NCBI GenBank assembly: GCA_964188305.1
Contig: OZ076893.1
Direction: 5' to 3' (one strand)
DNA: 64,000 nucleotides
From: Podarcis bocagei
Lineage: Eukaryota
Shown here: one piece after another, positions 61,812 to 64,000 of the stretch
Layout of the letters: the number at the start of each line of letters is the position of its first letter
Numbering within the stretch: the first letter of the stretch is position 1
The notes under the pieces: generated by a model
What the model saw: only the letters and a program-made list of their open reading frames with translations
Databases searched by the model: none
What the model was told of the DNA's origin: nothing
Position numbers and translations under genes: made by a program

Positions 61812-64000
61812 ATGGAGATCTGATATTTGAGAGGAAATGTCCATGTGCTCTGCAAATGTGACTTTCTCAGTGACTGCATTCTATGCACAATTTCTAAATC
61901 GTGATAAAGCTTTGCATTTTGACAGATGATTGAATTGAAATCCTTGTGCACTATTCAAATGTATGATTCTTAAATAAACTGCCTTTGGTTCTCCAAGTGG
62001 CCCTGATAGTACAACTGAGTTGGTACATCAGGACTCCAAAATTGACCCCATGGGACTCCATGACTTCATATTTGCGGATGTGCTAGATTCCACAAAATAT
62101 CAATATGCTCTTGGCTTCAGTAAACTTTAGTTGAAAGAAGGTTCAGATTTAATCCTTCCCATGGCAAGAAGAACAAGAGTTTCATGACAAACTATTTGCT
62201 TCTGTTATGAGAGAGACTTCTTTTTACTTATACCTGCTGAACCATGATGCACACAGGGCCTTTGAAGGAAACCAAAACACACCAATGCAATTTTAAAAAG
62301 TCTGAAGACGAAATAGCTTCTTGAATGAGAGGCGCACAGAAGAAATCACTCCTGGGGCATGGTGGAGTTGGGCATGTTTTGCTGTGGTGAAAAATCTTCC
62401 TGATTGTGAGTACTTTTTCACTTGAAGGTTACATTAACATTACACAGGGAGAGATTCAACTAATTAACAAATTATCAGTTTGTGGAGTTTGTCGCGCATG
62501 CAGCAACATGCACACAAAGCAGTTCTTTGTGATCCAGCAGCTGTCCTCTTCTCAGTTCACAGCTTCATTAATCATGTGCACTGCATGCTATTGTCTAAAT
62601 TTCAGTGCCATTGGAGACGAGGGGGGAAAACATTGGGAAAGAAATGTTGCTTACTCTCCAGGAACAGGCTTGGATTACCAATGGCCATGGGGACAGAAAA
62701 ACTCTTGACTGAAGCAGTACTAAGAGGATAATTAAAATACAAAGTATTCTTATGCTCCCACTGAAACGCTTAGGAGTTGCTTTTCATATCTGAACTCGGC
62801 TCGGTTGTGAGTTGGGCTACTTAGACTTCGCTTCCAGTAGGAACTTTGTGTATGCAAGTGGGGATTTTGATTTCCACATAAAAAGATAAAACTTATTCAG
62901 CTGGAAAGCAACTCTTCAAATGCATTCAAAGGCAGCCAGCCAATGGCTCGGTTTAATACAACGGCATTGGTGTAAGTATTTTTCCTATATAATTGTAGGC
63001 GAGAGTTGTTATAATTACATTTATCATATTGTCAGTGTGATCCTGTGCATGCTTACTTCAGAGTAAGTCCCACTGTGTTCAATGGAGATTACTCTCTAAA
63101 TTAGTAAATGTGTTTAGGGTTGCAGGTGCTGAGCAGGGATGGGGTGAACCTTTCTAATCCATACTTCCTGAATATTATGTGAACCAAAACATCCTTCAGA
63201 ATCTGCATTTCTCTGAATTCTGCAATGCAGTTCTGTGAAATGGACTTCTTTTTCAGGGCTGGTGGGACATAGTGAGAAAAAGAAAAATCTCAGGAAGTTC
63301 TCAGACAAATATCTTCTGAGAAATCTCTGCTCAGCTCCGGATTGGCAATTCGGTTGTAGAGTAGATGGTGTTATATTCACCCTAAACCTGTCCTGTGGCA
63401 TATTTGGGAAGCTTTTTAAAAACGTGATTTAGCAATATTTGTGTACAGAGGAAGAGCTGATTCACATGTGCATGTTCAGAACCTGATGTCCGTAACCTCA
63501 AGTGGTGCTGTGCATGGGTGACTAGGACATCACCCACCAAACTCTCAGGGGGGACAGGTTTCCCACATCACCTCCAGCACGAGCAACGGAGGCAGTTCAC
63601 ACACTCGACTGCTACTCACTGGATGAAAAGTAATAAAGAAGCCAAGTGATGGCCATCAAACAGCCTGATGTGTACACCTGGATTTGCAACAGAAACTTCT
63701 GAGATTGTGCATAAATGATTAATAATAACAGTGTTTCCAACATTGTCTCCAGTTTTCAGCATGAAACAAAAGTATGCACAGAAAATACTTGGGTTAATAA
63801 TGGTGCTTGATCTCAAGTGACTCCTCACAGCCTTTATGGAGGTACAAAATCATTCAGTTTCTCATACCTGTTTATGAACCTAATTTGAAGCCACATCTCA
63901 CCCATTTAAAGGTAATGATGGCACACATTCTTCAAATACTTGCAATCTCACAACATGCATATTTTAATCATGCCTTCTTCTCTCCCCCCCCCCCCATGTA

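Overview
This is vertebrate non-coding DNA. The repeat set (Sauria/Squam-type SINEs, BovB, CR1, L2, hAT and Tigger-like MITEs) points to a squamate, probably a lacertid lizard; that assignment is an inference. No host protein-coding exon could be identified, so the window looks intronic or intergenic. There is a 129-nt assembly gap at 36863-36991. The only long ORFs belong to a nested retroelement stack at 48.2-56.2 kb: a 5'-truncated L1/Tx1-type LINE (+) interrupted by a 706-bp solo LTR (-) and by a nearly intact full-length BovB/RTE LINE (-), each with target-site duplications (TSDs). The most interesting observations are three. (1) The solo LTR has an intact 116-codon ORF starting at LTR nucleotide 5. 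It encodes an acidic/Pro-rich protein ending in a basic SPRRSARL motif that matches the HMGN nucleosome-binding core. A second solo LTR with no obvious nucleotide similarity to it, and possibly a third, shows a decayed version of the same layout. (2) Two tiny TSD-flanked insertions each begin with a Penelope-type minimal hammerhead ribozyme. (3) The BovB 5' UTR can fold into a pseudoknot that ends just before the ATG.
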